64,000 nucleotides of DNA from Candidatus Nealsonbacteria bacterium (GTDB lineage Bacteria > Patescibacteriota > Minisyncoccia > Minisyncoccales > JANBVM01): assembly GCA_026016225.1 (NCBI GenBank), contig CP061210.1, forward strand, positions 258,000-321,999. The letters run 5' to 3'. Shown here in pieces: positions 37,371 to 47,342 of this stretch (its first letter is position 1; every line of letters begins with the position of its first letter). A program made the translations under genes and the position numbers. Below the pieces are notes generated by a model. The model was not told the origin of the DNA. It ran no database searches and saw only the letters and a program-made list of their open reading frames with translations.

Positions 37371-38411
37371 ATGGAGATAAAACATTCAATAGTTACTTGG
37401 GATTCTACTTATAGAAACTTTTTTCATTTAATAGATGGGTTAATAGCTCAGAATTATTCAAGGGAAAACTTCGAGCTTATTTATGTTGAGCAACGGACTC
37501 GAAAAATAGCAGATGCATATAATCATAACCTAGGGTTGAAATCTTTATGGGATAGATACCAAGAGGTAAAGAGTAAAATTAATATTAAAATTATTTATTT
37601 AGGGTTGCCATTCAAAATCCCATATCATAATGGACGTTGTAACAATGCTGGCTTAAATGTTACAAAAGGAGAGATAATCTCGATTATGGATGGAGATCAA
37701 TTATTACCGCCAGATTTTTTAAGAAAGTTAACTGCATACCATTTAAATCATCCAAAAGCAGTAATAAACCTTGATCGTAGATGTGCTATGTATCCAGTAG
37801 GAGTAAATTCTTACAAGGAATGGAGAAAAGGAAGCAAAGACTTTAAAAAGTGTTTAGATGCCTGTATTTCTAAATATAGTCCAGTGCCTGAAATTGCACG
37901 TAATAAACCACCTATGATTTCTTCTCGAAATAAATTTTGGAAACTAATAGAAGGATGTGATCCTCACTTAATTTGGAGTACGGTTTCATCAAGATTTGGT
38001 ATAGATGTTACTAGAAGATTAGAGATAGCTAGCGGAACGAGGGCTATTGCTCTCGCAGATTGTTTCTCAGTACATCCTTGGCACCCCATAGGAGCAGGAG
38101 TATTACGTTCTACCGATGAGGATTCAAAAAAGTTATTTGCTCTTCAAGATAAATTAATTAAGTGGTCTCTTAAACATAAGGATCCAAGGTATAGTAGCAG
38201 AACTAATTATATTAATAATTTTTGTGAAAGCAATAAATTATTAATAAATAAAATTGTATATTCTTCAGAAAGACGAGGAGAGTCAATGAAATTTAAAATT
38301 AAAAACAACAATCTTTTAATTGATAAAATAAAATGCAGATGTGGTCAATTACTAAGAAAGTATTTTTATAAAATTATTGAAGCTCAGAAAGTATCTAGCG
38401 AAAAGTTTTGA
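37371..38411 (+). CDS. GT-A (family 2-like) glycosyltransferase
   Basis: SIVTWDS..., MDGDQ motif; abuts the previous stop codon. Confidence 0.45.
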   Translation: MEIKHSIVTWDSTYRNFFHLIDGLIAQNYSRENFELIYVEQRTRKIADAYNHNLGLKSLWDRYQEVKSKINIKIIYLGLPFKIPYHNGRCNNAGLNVTKGEIISIMDGDQLLPPDFLRKLTAYHLNHPKAVINLDRRCAMYPVGVNSYKEWRKGSKDFKKCLDACISKYSPVPEIARNKPPMISSRNKFWKLIEGCDPHLIWSTVSSRFGIDVTRRLEIASGTRAIALADCFSVHPWHPIGAGVLRSTDEDSKKLFALQDKLIKWSLKHKDPRYSSRTNYINNFCESNKLLINKIVYSSERRGESMKFKIKNNNLLIDKIKCRCGQLLRKYFYKIIEAQKVSSEKF

Positions 38412-38470
38412 GCTAATGAAAAAGTTAAGTTTATAAATATTATTGATTAGAATTTAAAAGCAGTATAGAA

Positions 38471-39389
38471 ATGTTTAACAAAAAGCTACAAGGTGAGATT
38501 TTAAAAAGAATTCCAAGAAGTTCTTTTTTAAGAAAAGTTATAAAGAAAATATTTCAAGTTAAAAACTTATTGTATTCCTTAAAGATTAAGTGTATCATTT
38601 TTCTTTTTAAAGTTAGAAACTTTATTCTTTCTCAAAAGCCGATTGAAATAGAAATAGATGATATTTCTTTTAAGGTAATTCCTAAAGGAGCAGGAGCTTT
38701 AGATTACTGGAGTGGCTTAAGGTTTGAGAAAGACGAACTTAACTTTGTGTTCGATCAGATTCAGCCTAAAATGACCTTCTTAGATTTAGGAGCTAATATA
38801 GGCTTTTTTTCTTTGGCAGTAGCTTCAAAATGTAAAGATATATAGTTTTGAGCCCTACAAAGAAACTTTTCAAATTCTTCAAGAAAATATCCGTCTTAAT
38901 AATTTAAATAATATAGTTCCTTGCTGTATTGCTTTAGGTAATTATGTTGGAAAAGCAAGAGTTAAAGTAAACTTGGCTTGGAAAGATGGCTTGAATACAA
39001 TAGGAAAGCCTAGTCACCCTGACTGTGAAATAGTAAAGGAAGAAGAGGTATCGATTACTACTTTGGATAATTTTATTAAAGATAACGGTATTACAAAAGT
39101 AGATTTAATAAAAATAGATATTGAGGGAGCAGAGCTTTTAGCTTTGCAAGGGGCAAGAAAATTACTTGAAAATAAAAATGCTCCTCTTATTATTTACGAA
39201 AGTCAATACGCGACCACAAAAGGCTTTGGTTATCATCCTATTAAAATTATCAATTATTTAAAAAGGTTAGGATATTTTTTGTTTGAACTAAAAGAGAAAG
39301 ATGGAAAAGTTGTTCCCTTTGCCTCAAATGGTGAGGTCTATACAATAATTATTGCTACAAAATCAAAATCTTTTTTAAAACGACATTAA
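38471..39389 (+). pseudogene. FkbM-family methyltransferase split by a +1 frameshift near 38838-38845
   Basis: FLDLGANIGFFS... ends at TAG 38843. The family continuation YSFEPYKETFQILQENIRLNN reads in the +1 frame and joins the ORF ending at 39389. Confidence 0.7.
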
Positions 39390-39436
39390 GATTAAAGAAA
39401 ATAGTTAATGAAAAGACATATTGATTTAGAAAACTT

Positions 39437-40300
39437 ATGTTAACCATATTTGCTATTCCAAAGCCATTTGAAAAGGAATTTAATATTATCCAAAGAAACG
39501 CTATTAAGAGCTGGATTTTATTGGAGCCAAGGCCCGAGATTATTTTATTTGGTGACGAAAAAGGAACAGCAGACATAGCTAAAGAATTTAATGTTAAACA
39601 TTTTCCTAAAATTGCAAGAAATGAGTTTGGTACACCCATAGTTAGTGATATTTTTAAAAAAGCCCAAAAGATAGCAAGAAATAACATTTTAGTCTATGTA
39701 AACGCTGATATAATCTTAATGAAGGATTTTATTAGAGCTGTTGAGAAAATTAAGGATGAAGAAAAGTTTTTAATGGTCGGTCAGAGATGGGATGTTGATA
39801 TTAAGGAAAAAATAAATTTTAAGAATTTAAATTGGTAAACCGATCTTCAGAAAAAAGTATCGCAAGATGGCAAACTTCATGCTAAGATAGGTATAGACTA
39901 TTTTGTTTTTCCTAAGAGTATATTTAAAGATGTTTTTCCGTTTGCGATTGGAAGGGGGATATATGATAATTGGTTACTATACCGAGCATGGTTATCAAGG
40001 GCACTAATTATAGATGCCACCCAAGTTATAATAGCTATTCACCAGAATCATTCTTATGGAAACAAAACCGAGAAAGATGTTCGAAAGTGGGAAGAGAGAA
40101 AAAGAAACTTAAAGTTATCAGGAGGATATAGTCATTGTTTTACTATAAAAGACGCTAGCCATTTTTTGACACCCAAAGGATTAAAATTAGCTCCGGAAAT
40201 GAGCTTAATGAGAAAGCTAGAAATTGTGCCATATCTCGGATTTTTTATCCGACAATGTAAAAAACTACTTAAGTTGTTTAAATGTGGTATCAAAAAATAA
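39437..40300 (+). pseudogene. Uncharacterised GT-A-like protein interrupted by one in-frame TAA (39836-39838)
   Basis: The same frame stays open for a further 153 codons after the stop (…GIDYFVFPKS…IHQNHSYG…) and ends at 40300. Confidence 0.6.
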
Positions 40301-40328
40301 GAGATTAATTAAATCCATAAATTGAAAA

Positions 40329-41435
40329 ATGAAAAAAAAGATTAAACTTCTTCTTCTTGTCGGGGCTCGCCCAAATTTTATAAAGGCTGCTCCGTTAATT
40401 AGAGAGGTAAAAAAACATCGGCAGATAGAGTTAGTGATGGTACACAGTGGGCAACATTATGATTTTGAAATGTCAAAGATTTTTTTTGACGAACTTAAAA
40501 TCTCAAAACCAAATTATAATTTAAAAGTGGGTTCAGGAAGTCATGCCTATCAAACAGCAGAAACAATGAAAAGGTTGGAGCCAATTTTATTAAAAGAAAA
40601 ACCAAATCTAGTAATTGTTGTCGGTGATGTTAATTCTACTTTGGCAGCTGCTTTAACGGCTACTAAAACCAATATTCCAGTTACTCACATTGAAGCAGGT
40701 CTCCGATCTTTTGATATGGCTATGCCAGAAGAAGTAAATAGGCGTCTCACAGATCATATGTCAAGCTTTTTGTTTGTGACCGAACCAAGTGGAATTAAAA
40801 ATTTAGTAAAAGAAGGGATTTCAAAAAATAAAATTTTTTTTGTTGGTAACATTATGATAGATACATTACTTGATATGAAAAGTAAGGCACAAAAAATAAA
40901 AATCTTAGAAGCACTGAAATTAAAGAAAAAGGCTTATGGAGTTTTAACTCTTCATCGTCCAGAAAATGTTGCTGACGAAAAAGTTTTTAAAGACTTGCTT
41001 GCTGTAATCGAAGAAATTCAAAGAAAAATAAAAATCATTTGGCCAATTCATCCAAGGGTGAAGAGGCACCTCAAAGAATTTAATTTTTTAAAAAAGATAA
41101 AGAAAATGAAAAACTTATTATTAATTAAACCTTTAGGATATCTTGAGATGCTTACTTTAAACAAAGAAGCTAAATTTGTTCTGACTGATAGTGGGGGAAT
41201 CCAGGAAGAGACAACAGTATTAAATATTCCCTGTCTGACCTTAAGAAAAAATACAGAAAGACCTGTCACGGTCCAAAAAGGGACTAATGTTATTGTGGGG
41301 AATGATAGAAATAAAATTATTAAAGAATTATCGATAATTTTAAAAGGAAAATATAAAAAAAGAAAAGTAATAAAGTTTTGGGATGGACACACCGCAGAAA
41401 GAATTGTTAAGATTTTGATTTCAAAATTATCTTAA
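40329..41435 (+). CDS. wecB: UDP-N-acetylglucosamine 2-epimerase (non-hydrolysing)
   Basis: LLVGARPNFIKAAPL, HSGQHYD, HIEAGLRS, TDSGGIQEE. Confidence 0.92.
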   Translation: MKKKIKLLLLVGARPNFIKAAPLIREVKKHRQIELVMVHSGQHYDFEMSKIFFDELKISKPNYNLKVGSGSHAYQTAETMKRLEPILLKEKPNLVIVVGDVNSTLAAALTATKTNIPVTHIEAGLRSFDMAMPEEVNRRLTDHMSSFLFVTEPSGIKNLVKEGISKNKIFFVGNIMIDTLLDMKSKAQKIKILEALKLKKKAYGVLTLHRPENVADEKVFKDLLAVIEEIQRKIKIIWPIHPRVKRHLKEFNFLKKIKKMKNLLLIKPLGYLEMLTLNKEAKFVLTDSGGIQEETTVLNIPCLTLRKNTERPVTVQKGTNVIVGNDRNKIIKELSIILKGKYKKRKVIKFWDGHTAERIVKILISKLS

Positions 41436-41452
41436 TGTTAAAGATATAAGTT

Positions 41453-42637
41453 ATGAAAATATTACATATAGTAAACTATTTTCAACCAAAATTGGGCTAC
41501 CAAGAAACATTTTTAGCTAAAAAACATAGGGATTTTGGGCACGAAGTTCACGTAATTACATCTAATCGTTATTTTCCATTTCCAAATTACGACAACCTTA
41601 TTAAGCCAGTTCTTGGTAGTAGATATTTAAAAGCTGGTAATTTTGTGGAGGAAAATATAGTCACTTATCGACTAGAAGTTTTATTTGAAATAAAAAAAAG
41701 AGTTTGGCTAATTGGTCTTGAGAAAAAAATAAGGGAACTGAAGCCAGATATTATTTTTCTCCACGGGGTTTCTAATATCAATGCTATAAGGGTTGGATTT
41801 TTAAAAAAGAGAAATTCTAAACAATTCAAGTTAATTTATGATGACCACATGCTTTATGTGGTTAGTAAACACAAGTTAAGAAAACTATTTTACCTTATTT
41901 TCAAGCTGTTTTTTTCTAAATTATTAATTCAATCAGCAGATGGATTTATCGCTTGCAATAATGGGACAAAAAAGTTTATGAATGACTGTTATGGTATACC
42001 GCTTGATTTAATAGTGACAATACCACTGGGTGCAGACAAGGATTTATTTAGATTTAACGAGAAATCCAGGGATCTGATTAGAAATAAACTGGGAGTCGAA
42101 AAACAGTCAGTTATTTTTATTTATGCCGGCAAGATTACTCCTAAAAAGGGCCCAGACTTACTTGTTAAGGCCGGGCTGGAGTTAACTAGGAAATACAAGA
42201 ATTTTAAAATCCTTCTCTTGGGCGATAGTTCTTCAGAGTATATTAAATTTTTGAAGAAATTAATAAGAGAAAAGAAAGGCGAAGAATTTTTTATTTGGTT
42301 ACCAACTATTTATAATAAAGAGCTTCCTAAGTATTATTCTTCTGCAGATATTGGCGTATGGCCTCGAGAATCTTCTTTGACTATGCTTGAAGCCCAAGCC
42401 TGTAATTTACCTATTATTGTAAGCGATTCAGTGATAGCCGGAGCTAGCGATAGAATCCTTAACAATAATGGTCTAACGTTTAAAGATGGTGACTACTTAG
42501 ATTTAGCAAAAAAAATGGAATCATTAATTTTAGATAAAGAATTACGAATAAAAATGGGAAAACGGGGCAGAAAACTAGTTGAAGAAAAATTTAATTGGGG
42601 TATAATAGCCAAGCAATTTATTGATTTAGCTTCTTAA
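41453..42637 (+). CDS. Family 4 (GT-B) glycosyltransferase
   Basis: C-terminal E..E motif region (WPRESSLTMLEAQACNLPII). Confidence 0.85.
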   Translation: MKILHIVNYFQPKLGYQETFLAKKHRDFGHEVHVITSNRYFPFPNYDNLIKPVLGSRYLKAGNFVEENIVTYRLEVLFEIKKRVWLIGLEKKIRELKPDIIFLHGVSNINAIRVGFLKKRNSKQFKLIYDDHMLYVVSKHKLRKLFYLIFKLFFSKLLIQSADGFIACNNGTKKFMNDCYGIPLDLIVTIPLGADKDLFRFNEKSRDLIRNKLGVEKQSVIFIYAGKITPKKGPDLLVKAGLELTRKYKNFKILLLGDSSSEYIKFLKKLIREKKGEEFFIWLPTIYNKELPKYYSSADIGVWPRESSLTMLEAQACNLPIIVSDSVIAGASDRILNNNGLTFKDGDYLDLAKKMESLILDKELRIKMGKRGRKLVEEKFNWGIIAKQFIDLAS

Positions 42638-42652
42638 TTTTAGTTAAACAAT

Positions 42653-43372
42653 ATGGACCATAAAGAACTTTATGAGAGACAATACGGTGAAAAAAAACTA
42701 ATAAGTGTTTCCTCTTTTTCTTTTTTGAGAAAAATCTTTGAGAAGCTTGATTTTGATCGAGAGGATTTAACTTTGAGTTTATTAAAAAATACTAGAGGGA
42801 AATTGCTTGATGTCGGTTGTGGAAGTGGCTCTTTGATATTCAAAGCCAGAGATAAATTTGACGAGCTTTATGGAATAGATATTTCTTCAAGCCGTATTAA
42901 AAAGGCTCAGGAAATATCTAAGCAGAAATTTTTTGGAGATGCGAATTTACGTTTCTTCGTCCGCGATATTGGTAAGGGACTAACTTTTGCCGACAAAAGC
43001 TTTGATGTGGTTACTTGTGTTGCGGTCCTAGAGCATCTTTTCGACCCTTATTTTGTTGTAGGTGAGATTAATAGAGTCTTAAAACCCGGTGGAATTTTTA
43101 TTGTTGAGGTCCCCAATATAGCTTATTTAAAATACAGAGTTCAATTGCTTTTTGGAAGGTTGCCAGTAACTTCCTCTCCCCTTAATTGGAAAGAGATGGG
43201 ATGGGATGGTGGTCACTTACATTATTTTACCGAAAAGACTCTTTGTAAATTATTAGAAGAGTCTGGTTTTAAAATTTTAAAAGTATCAGGTTGTGGCCTG
43301 TTTGCTAATTTTCGAAATTTTTGGCCATCTCTTTTGACAGGAGATTTAATTATTAAAGCTCAAAAAATTTGA
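42653..43372 (+). CDS. Class I SAM-dependent methyltransferase
   Basis: LLDVGCGSGS; LKPGGIFIV. Confidence 0.8.
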   Translation: MDHKELYERQYGEKKLISVSSFSFLRKIFEKLDFDREDLTLSLLKNTRGKLLDVGCGSGSLIFKARDKFDELYGIDISSSRIKKAQEISKQKFFGDANLRFFVRDIGKGLTFADKSFDVVTCVAVLEHLFDPYFVVGEINRVLKPGGIFIVEVPNIAYLKYRVQLLFGRLPVTSSPLNWKEMGWDGGHLHYFTEKTLCKLLEESGFKILKVSGCGLFANFRNFWPSLLTGDLIIKAQKI

Positions 43373-43482
43373 TGAAAAAAGTCATTTTGATCACTAATAT
43401 TATTTCTTCTTTTCGTACGCCCCTTTATAATTATGTTGCCAAGGAGGGGAGGTTTGATTTCAAGGTAATGGCTTTATTTTAA
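43372..43482 (+). pseudogene. 36-codon N-terminal remnant of a GT-B glycosyltransferase
   Basis: MKKVILITNIISSFRTPLYNYVAKEGRFDFKV resembles the GT4 N-terminal (I-T-N..x-Y/F-R-x-P-L) pattern, then hits a stop. Confidence 0.4.
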
Positions 43483-43503
43483 AATATTTAAACAAATATA
43501 AAT

Positions 43504-44184
43504 ATGTTTAGAAGAGATTTAAAATATGAAAAAAATTTTTGGGGAAAAAAGTTTATTCCAATTAAAAATAAAAGCTTACAGCGAAGGCAGAAATTTATCC
43601 AAGCTTGGATAGAGAGATTTTGGAATATTCCTAAAAATGCAAGAATATTAGAAATAGGGGGAGCAGGGAAACCGCTTATTAATTTTTTTCAGGGTGGAGA
43701 AAAATATGTCCTTGATCCTTTAATAGATTTTTATGAGAAAAAGTTTCCCGAATTTTATACTGATTCTGATTTATGTAAGCTAAAAACCGAAGCAGAAAAT
43801 ATGCATTTTAAAAACAATACTTTTGACCTTATTATTATGCTAAATGTTTTGGATCATACAGAAAGTCCCCAGAAAGTAATAAAAGAGTGTTACCGTGTGC
43901 TTAAAAAAGAAGGAGTAATAATTTTATCAGTAGACACCTTTAATCTTTTTTGGAAAATTTTTCGTAGATTTCTACCATTTTTTGGTTTTAAGCATTATCG
44001 TTTACATCCTCAGGTATTGAGAATAAGGGATGTTAAACAAATATTACAGAAAAATGATTTTCGAATACTTAACCTTTTTATAACAGAAAAAATAAAAACA
44101 AATCCTCTTTTTTCACTTAAAGAAAAACTAAAGTTTTACCTAGAATATAATCTTTATTGTACGTATGTATTAGCCAAAAAATGA
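43504..44184 (+). CDS. Class I SAM-dependent methyltransferase
   Basis: ILEIGGAGKP; LKKEGVIILSV. Confidence 0.75.
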   Translation: MFRRDLKYEKNFWGKKFIPIKNKSLQRRQKFIQAWIERFWNIPKNARILEIGGAGKPLINFFQGGEKYVLDPLIDFYEKKFPEFYTDSDLCKLKTEAENMHFKNNTFDLIIMLNVLDHTESPQKVIKECYRVLKKEGVIILSVDTFNLFWKIFRRFLPFFGFKHYRLHPQVLRIRDVKQILQKNDFRILNLFITEKIKTNPLFSLKEKLKFYLEYNLYCTYVLAKK

Positions 44185-44360
44185 AAAAAGTTATTGATTC
44201 AAACAATGTTTTAGAAATAATAGAACAAATAAAATTTTGTAAGGAAAATTTAGACCAGATTAAAATGAGTCGAGTAAAAATAGGTGATTGGGTAAGAAAA
44301 AATTTAAGTATAGCAAAAAGCGGAGATGATTATACCTCGGCCATAAAGTCTTTAATATGA
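44181..44360 (+). pseudogene. 59-codon ORF resembling only the C-terminal end of a GT-B glycosyltransferase
   Basis: ATGA overlap with the upstream stop. ...ENLDQIKMSRVKIGDWVRKNLSIAKSGDDY... resembles a GT4 C-terminal helix. Confidence 0.3.
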
Positions 44361-44370
44361 GAATAGTAAT

Positions 44371-45597
44371 ATGGTAAAGAAGATTTTAACGATAAATACA
44401 GTATTTTCTCAGGGGGGAGCAGCAAAGATAGCTAGAACATTACATGACGTTTTAAATAAGACGCCAGGGTTTTCTAGTCGTTTTGCTTATGGAAGGGGAA
44501 AAAAGATAAAAAGCAAAGAAGTTTTTAGTTTTGGTGTACGATCCGAAGCTTATCTACGTGCTTTTTTGACTCGACTGATGGGTCTTCAGGGGTGCGGAAG
44601 CTGGTTTTCAACTAAACGGCTAGAAGGTTTTATTTTAAAAGAAAAATTTGACCTGATTCATCTTCATAATTTACATGGCTATTATTTAGATTTAAGCTTC
44701 GTCAGGTTTTTGAATAAATTAAATATTCCTATTGTTTGGACTTTGCATGATGCTTGGCCTATAACCGGAAGATGCTCCTATTTCTTGGATTGTAACCGTT
44801 GGAAGACAGGTTGTGGAAGCTGCCCTTCTTTGTCTATGTATCCAAAAACCTATCTTGATTCTTCGGCCTTGATGTGGAAAAAAAAGAAAGAATGTTTTAC
44901 TAAAGGGTGGAGCCCAGTTGTTGTTTGTCCATCTTGGTGGTTAGCAGATAGAGTAAAAGAGTCTTATTTAAACAAATATAGGGTGGAGGTTATTCCAAAC
45001 GGTGTTGACACAGGAATTTTTAAACCAAAAGACAGAGTTAAAATTCAGGAGAGATTAAAGATATCACCCTCAAAAAAGATTATTCTTTTTGTGGCAGCTG
45101 ACTTAAGGGAGGAAAGAAAGGGAACAGAATATTTTTTTGAAGCACTGAAATATGTTAAAACTAAAGATTGTCTTGTGTTGACCGTGGGAAAGAAAATAAA
45201 TCTTAATCAAAAGACAAAAGAGAATATAGAGATTAAACAATTAGGGTATATGTCTGATAATAATTTAATTTCTGATATTTATAATACGTCTGACATTTTT
45301 TGTACCACTTCTTTGCAAGATAATTTTCCTACAACTATTTTAGAGGCTATGGCCTGCGGGATACCTATAATTGGTTTCAAGACAGGAGGGATTCCAGAAC
45401 AGGTTTCCGAAGATTGCGGGATTTTAATTGAATCAAGGAACGTTGAGGAATTAGCTGAAGGAATTGACGAGCTCCTAAGTAATAATGAGAAGCGGAATAA
45501 GTTCAGTTTAAATTGTAGAAGGCGAGTTCTAGAAAATTATTCAATTGAAAAGTTCAAAGAGCAATATATTAATTTATACAAAAACCTTTTGAAATAA
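44371..45597 (+). CDS. Family 4 glycosyltransferase with a Cys-rich insert
   Basis: CSYFLDCNRWKTGCGSCPS; C-terminal FPTTILEAMACGIPIIG. Confidence 0.85.
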   Translation: MVKKILTINTVFSQGGAAKIARTLHDVLNKTPGFSSRFAYGRGKKIKSKEVFSFGVRSEAYLRAFLTRLMGLQGCGSWFSTKRLEGFILKEKFDLIHLHNLHGYYLDLSFVRFLNKLNIPIVWTLHDAWPITGRCSYFLDCNRWKTGCGSCPSLSMYPKTYLDSSALMWKKKKECFTKGWSPVVVCPSWWLADRVKESYLNKYRVEVIPNGVDTGIFKPKDRVKIQERLKISPSKKIILFVAADLREERKGTEYFFEALKYVKTKDCLVLTVGKKINLNQKTKENIEIKQLGYMSDNNLISDIYNTSDIFCTTSLQDNFPTTILEAMACGIPIIGFKTGGIPEQVSEDCGILIESRNVEELAEGIDELLSNNEKRNKFSLNCRRRVLENYSIEKFKEQYINLYKNLLK

Positions 45598-45604
45598 ATT
45601 TTTT

Positions 45605-46366
45605 ATGACAAATTTCCCATTGATTTCAATAATTACGGTAGTCTTGAACGGAAAAAAAACCATTGAAAAAACATTAAAGAGTGTTTTAGAGCAGGGCTAC
45701 GAGAACATAGAGTATATTATTATCGACGGTGGCTCAACAGACGGAACCTTAGATATCATTAATAGATATAAAGACAAAATCAAAAAGATTGTTTCCGAAC
45801 CCGATAAGGGAATTTATGATGCTATGAATAAGGGAATAGCAATGGCTTCGGGTGATATTATCGGAATTTTAAATGGAGACGACTTATATGCTGACGGGAA
45901 TGTAATTAAAAAGGTGGTTGAAAAGATGGAAGAGGATAAAGCAGATGTTTGCTGGGGAGATTTGATTTATGTAAATGCAAATAATTCAGATAAAATAGTC
46001 AGATATTGGAAGTCTTCAGAATACAAAGAAGGGAAGTTTCAAAAAGGATGGATGCCTCCACATTCAACGTTTTTTGTTAAAAAACAGATTTATAAAAAAT
46101 ACGGTGTTTTTAATTTAGATTTTCCCATTTCAGCTGATTATGAATTAATGTTGAGGTTTTTAGAAAAGTATAAATTAAAATCTTGTTATATGTCTCAGGT
46201 TTTGGTAAAAATGAGGATAGGAGGTCAAAGTAATAAAAACCTTCTTAATATTGTTAAGGGAAATGTCGAATGTTATAAGGCTTATAAAATAAATGGGTTG
46301 AAGATAAGTTTTTTAAGAATTTTCTTAAAACCTTTATCTAAAATCTCTCAATATTTTAAAAAATGA
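45605..46366 (+). CDS. Family 2 glycosyltransferase
   Basis: ISIITVVLNG...IIIDGGSTDGT...GDD. Confidence 0.9.
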   Translation: MTNFPLISIITVVLNGKKTIEKTLKSVLEQGYENIEYIIIDGGSTDGTLDIINRYKDKIKKIVSEPDKGIYDAMNKGIAMASGDIIGILNGDDLYADGNVIKKVVEKMEEDKADVCWGDLIYVNANNSDKIVRYWKSSEYKEGKFQKGWMPPHSTFFVKKQIYKKYGVFNLDFPISADYELMLRFLEKYKLKSCYMSQVLVKMRIGGQSNKNLLNIVKGNVECYKAYKINGLKISFLRIFLKPLSKISQYFKK

Positions 46367-47331
46367 ACAATAAAGAAAAAATCTTAGTCACAGGAGCAGG
46401 TGGATTTATTGGCCACCATTTAGTCAGATTTTTACAAAAGAAAGGTTACTGGGTAAGAGGTGTAGATATTAAATACCCAGAATTTTCTCCAAAAAATGAA
46501 GCTGATGAATTCTTGCTTTTAGATTTAAGAAACTTCCAAAATTGCCTAAAAGCAACTGAGGGAATAGACAAGGTTTATACCTTAGCTGCTAATATGGGAG
46601 GAATAGGATTTATCACTTTTCATAGAGCTGATGTAATGAGAGATAATGTTTTGATTAATATTAATATGGCAGAAGCTTCAAAAAGAAATAATATAAAACG
46701 ATTGTTTTATTCTTCTTCTGCATGTATTTATCCTATAGCTAAACAGAAAGATCCTTCGATAACTGCCTTAAAAGAGTCAGATGCTTATCCTGGCGATCCT
46801 GATAATGAATATGGTTGGGAAAAGCTATTTTCCGAAAGAGTTTATCAAAATTATCATCAAGATTATGGTTTAGATGTTAGGATTACAAGATATCATAATA
46901 TTTATGGTGAAGAGGGAACTTATGAAGGAGGAAGAGAAAAAGCTCCAGCAGCTTTATGCAGGAAAATAGCCTTAGCTAAAGATGGAGATAAAATTGATAT
47001 TTGGGGAGACGGTAAACAGACTCGTTCTTTTTGCTATATCGATGATTGTTTAGAGGGAACTTATGCTTTGATGGAGTCTGATTATAGAGAGCCTTTGAAT
47101 ATTGGTTCTGATAGATTAGTAACGATTAATGGATTAGTAGACATAATCTCTAATATTGCAGGAAAGCGTTTAGAAAAAGTTCATCAATTAGATAAACCCC
47201 AAGGAGTAAGAGGAAGAAATGCTGATTTAACATTAGTTAAAGAAACGCTTAATTGGAAGCCCATAGTTTCTTTAGAGGAAGGGCTAAAAAAGACTTATCA
47301 ATGGATACAAGAAGAATTAAGAAAAACATAA
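46363..47331 (+). CDS. GDP-mannose 3,5-epimerase-like SDR
   Basis: Collinear with my recollection of plant GME over most of its length: VTGAGGFIG, LAANMGGIGFI, SSACIYP, LKESDA.P..P.N.YG.EKL, HNIYG..GT..GGREKAPAA.CRK. Confidence 0.8.
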   Translation: MNNKEKILVTGAGGFIGHHLVRFLQKKGYWVRGVDIKYPEFSPKNEADEFLLLDLRNFQNCLKATEGIDKVYTLAANMGGIGFITFHRADVMRDNVLININMAEASKRNNIKRLFYSSSACIYPIAKQKDPSITALKESDAYPGDPDNEYGWEKLFSERVYQNYHQDYGLDVRITRYHNIYGEEGTYEGGREKAPAALCRKIALAKDGDKIDIWGDGKQTRSFCYIDDCLEGTYALMESDYREPLNIGSDRLVTINGLVDIISNIAGKRLEKVHQLDKPQGVRGRNADLTLVKETLNWKPIVSLEEGLKKTYQWIQEELRKT

Positions 47332-47342
47332 AATAAATCTTT

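Noticed and set aside
39836-39838. In-frame TAA as evidence of stop-codon reassignment
   Set aside because: TAA, TAG and TGA all end well-conserved genes at the expected positions in this window (for example nrdG and clpB with TAA, ftsZ and nrdD with TAG, the 7252-8553 gene with TGA). A nonsense mutation or sequencing error is more likely.
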